Both the position numbers and the translations under genes were made by a program. This document shows, piece after piece, positions 63,048 to 64,000 of a stretch of 64,000 bases of DNA (positions are counted from its first letter, which is position 1; each line of letters starts with the position of its first letter). The DNA comes from Chiloscyllium plagiosum (Eukaryota). The DNA lies in NCBI RefSeq assembly GCF_004010195.1, contig NC_057753.1, positions 4,081,656-4,145,655 on the forward strand, written 5' to 3'. Under the pieces are notes generated by a model, which was given only the letters and a program-made list of their open reading frames with translations, was not told where the DNA came from and did not search any database.

Positions 63048-63980
63048 TTAGGGGTGGAAGAAGTGAACACGGCGAAATTGTTGGAATGGGAAAGTACTAC
63101 ATGACGAAGGAGATGACTTATTTAACATATTTAGGGTGGAAGCGAGCGAAGTACAGCTTCGTGAGGTAATCTGTGGGCTTGTAGCAGAGTGCGTTAATGG
63201 ATGTGTCCGTCCTTGATAGAGATTTGAGTGTCGAAGACAGACTGATTCTGAAGAGTAGTTCATAGTAAGCCTGATGGTGGGATGAAACCTGTTGATATTG
63301 CTACGTAGTTGTTTCGGTGATTCCTTGCCAAGAGTGGAAAGGATGTATCTGGTGTATAGATTGGTCCGTGTCCTGCGTAAAAAAGACGTCTTGCTCGTAG
63401 TTGTGCATGAAATTGTTGGTCGAATGGAGTGCAAATTGGTCGCCATGGCTATTCCGTGTGTCTGGATGAAGAACTGGTTGTTGAAGGTGAAGACATAGTG
63501 GTTGCGGTTGTAGTGCATGAGTTGTAGGATGGCGTCTGGAAATTGACAGTTGAGGGTGTTAAGAACCGAGGCTTTTGCAGTGATGCCATTCTCCTGGGGG
63601 ATCACGGTGCAGAGTGTTGAAACGTCCGTTGTGACATGGAATGTTCCTGGTTTGACTGGTCCGTGGATGCTGAGTTTCTGTAAAAAAATCCGTAATGTCA
63701 CGCCAGAAGGTGGGGTCCCTTGCACAATGCGTTTCAACATGTCTTCGACAGAACCATAGAGGTTGTCACACCGGGTTCCTGTCTCCGTGCTGTCGGAATG
63801 TATGACTCTAAGTGTTGGTTGGAGTACAGGGGGAACTCTAAATTCCAGGGATGCACTTTGTCCTTGGTAACGAAATGGCTGGATCACAGTTAGGCGTACT
63901 TCCTACTATGGTTGAAAATCCAGTAGAAATTCGGGCAACTGAGGTGTTTCAGGATGTTGCCTGATGATGTGATTACCAGG
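63048..63980 (-). mobile_element. Penelope-like reverse transcriptase fragment (frameshifted)
   Basis: VTTDVSTLCTVIP, VFTFNNQFFIQTHGIAMA, NINRFHPTIRLTMNYS match Penelope RT motifs. Confidence 0.85.
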
Positions 63981-64000
63981 TCACAAAGGCACAGACTAAA

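Noticed and set aside
63048..63887. 279-aa ORF as a telomerase-like or host RT gene
   Set aside because: Frameshifted Penelope RT; only part of the frame is RT-like and no intact catalytic YxDD is visible.
1..64000. CRISPR array or prokaryotic operon/defence system
   Set aside because: The sequence is vertebrate with spliceosomal introns; the recurring repeats are dispersed TE termini, not regularly spaced repeat-spacer units.

Overview
Repeat-rich vertebrate DNA. The repeat repertoire (HE1-type V-SINE, several CR1 subfamilies, Penelope, RTE, L1/Tx1, Gypsy LTRs) points to a cartilaginous fish, probably a shark; this is an inference. The only host genes I can support are two intact, tandem, minus-strand, two-exon class A orphan GPCR paralogues of the GPR139/GPR142-like type. 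Gene A is join(26474..26405,19894..18984), 326 aa. Gene B is join(58294..58225,41503..40584), 329 aa. Each has a 70-nt first coding exon that the ORF track does not join to exon 2, and a phase-1 GT-AG intron in TM1. They are about 65% identical with no indels and diverge most around the presumed ligand pocket. Most notable: both carry, about 65-90 nt upstream of the ATG, a position-conserved homeodomain (TAATTG) + O/E(EBF)-like + TGACA cassette followed by a TATA-like element. This resembles olfactory-receptor promoters and suggests an expanded chemosensory-like receptor array. Also notable are many short, often palindromic Penelope-derived inserts with 11-15 bp target-site duplications (TSDs) and minimal hammerhead-ribozyme motifs, nested TE insertions, and several local direct or inverted duplications. 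TE boundaries are approximate and family names come from motif recognition, not database searches.
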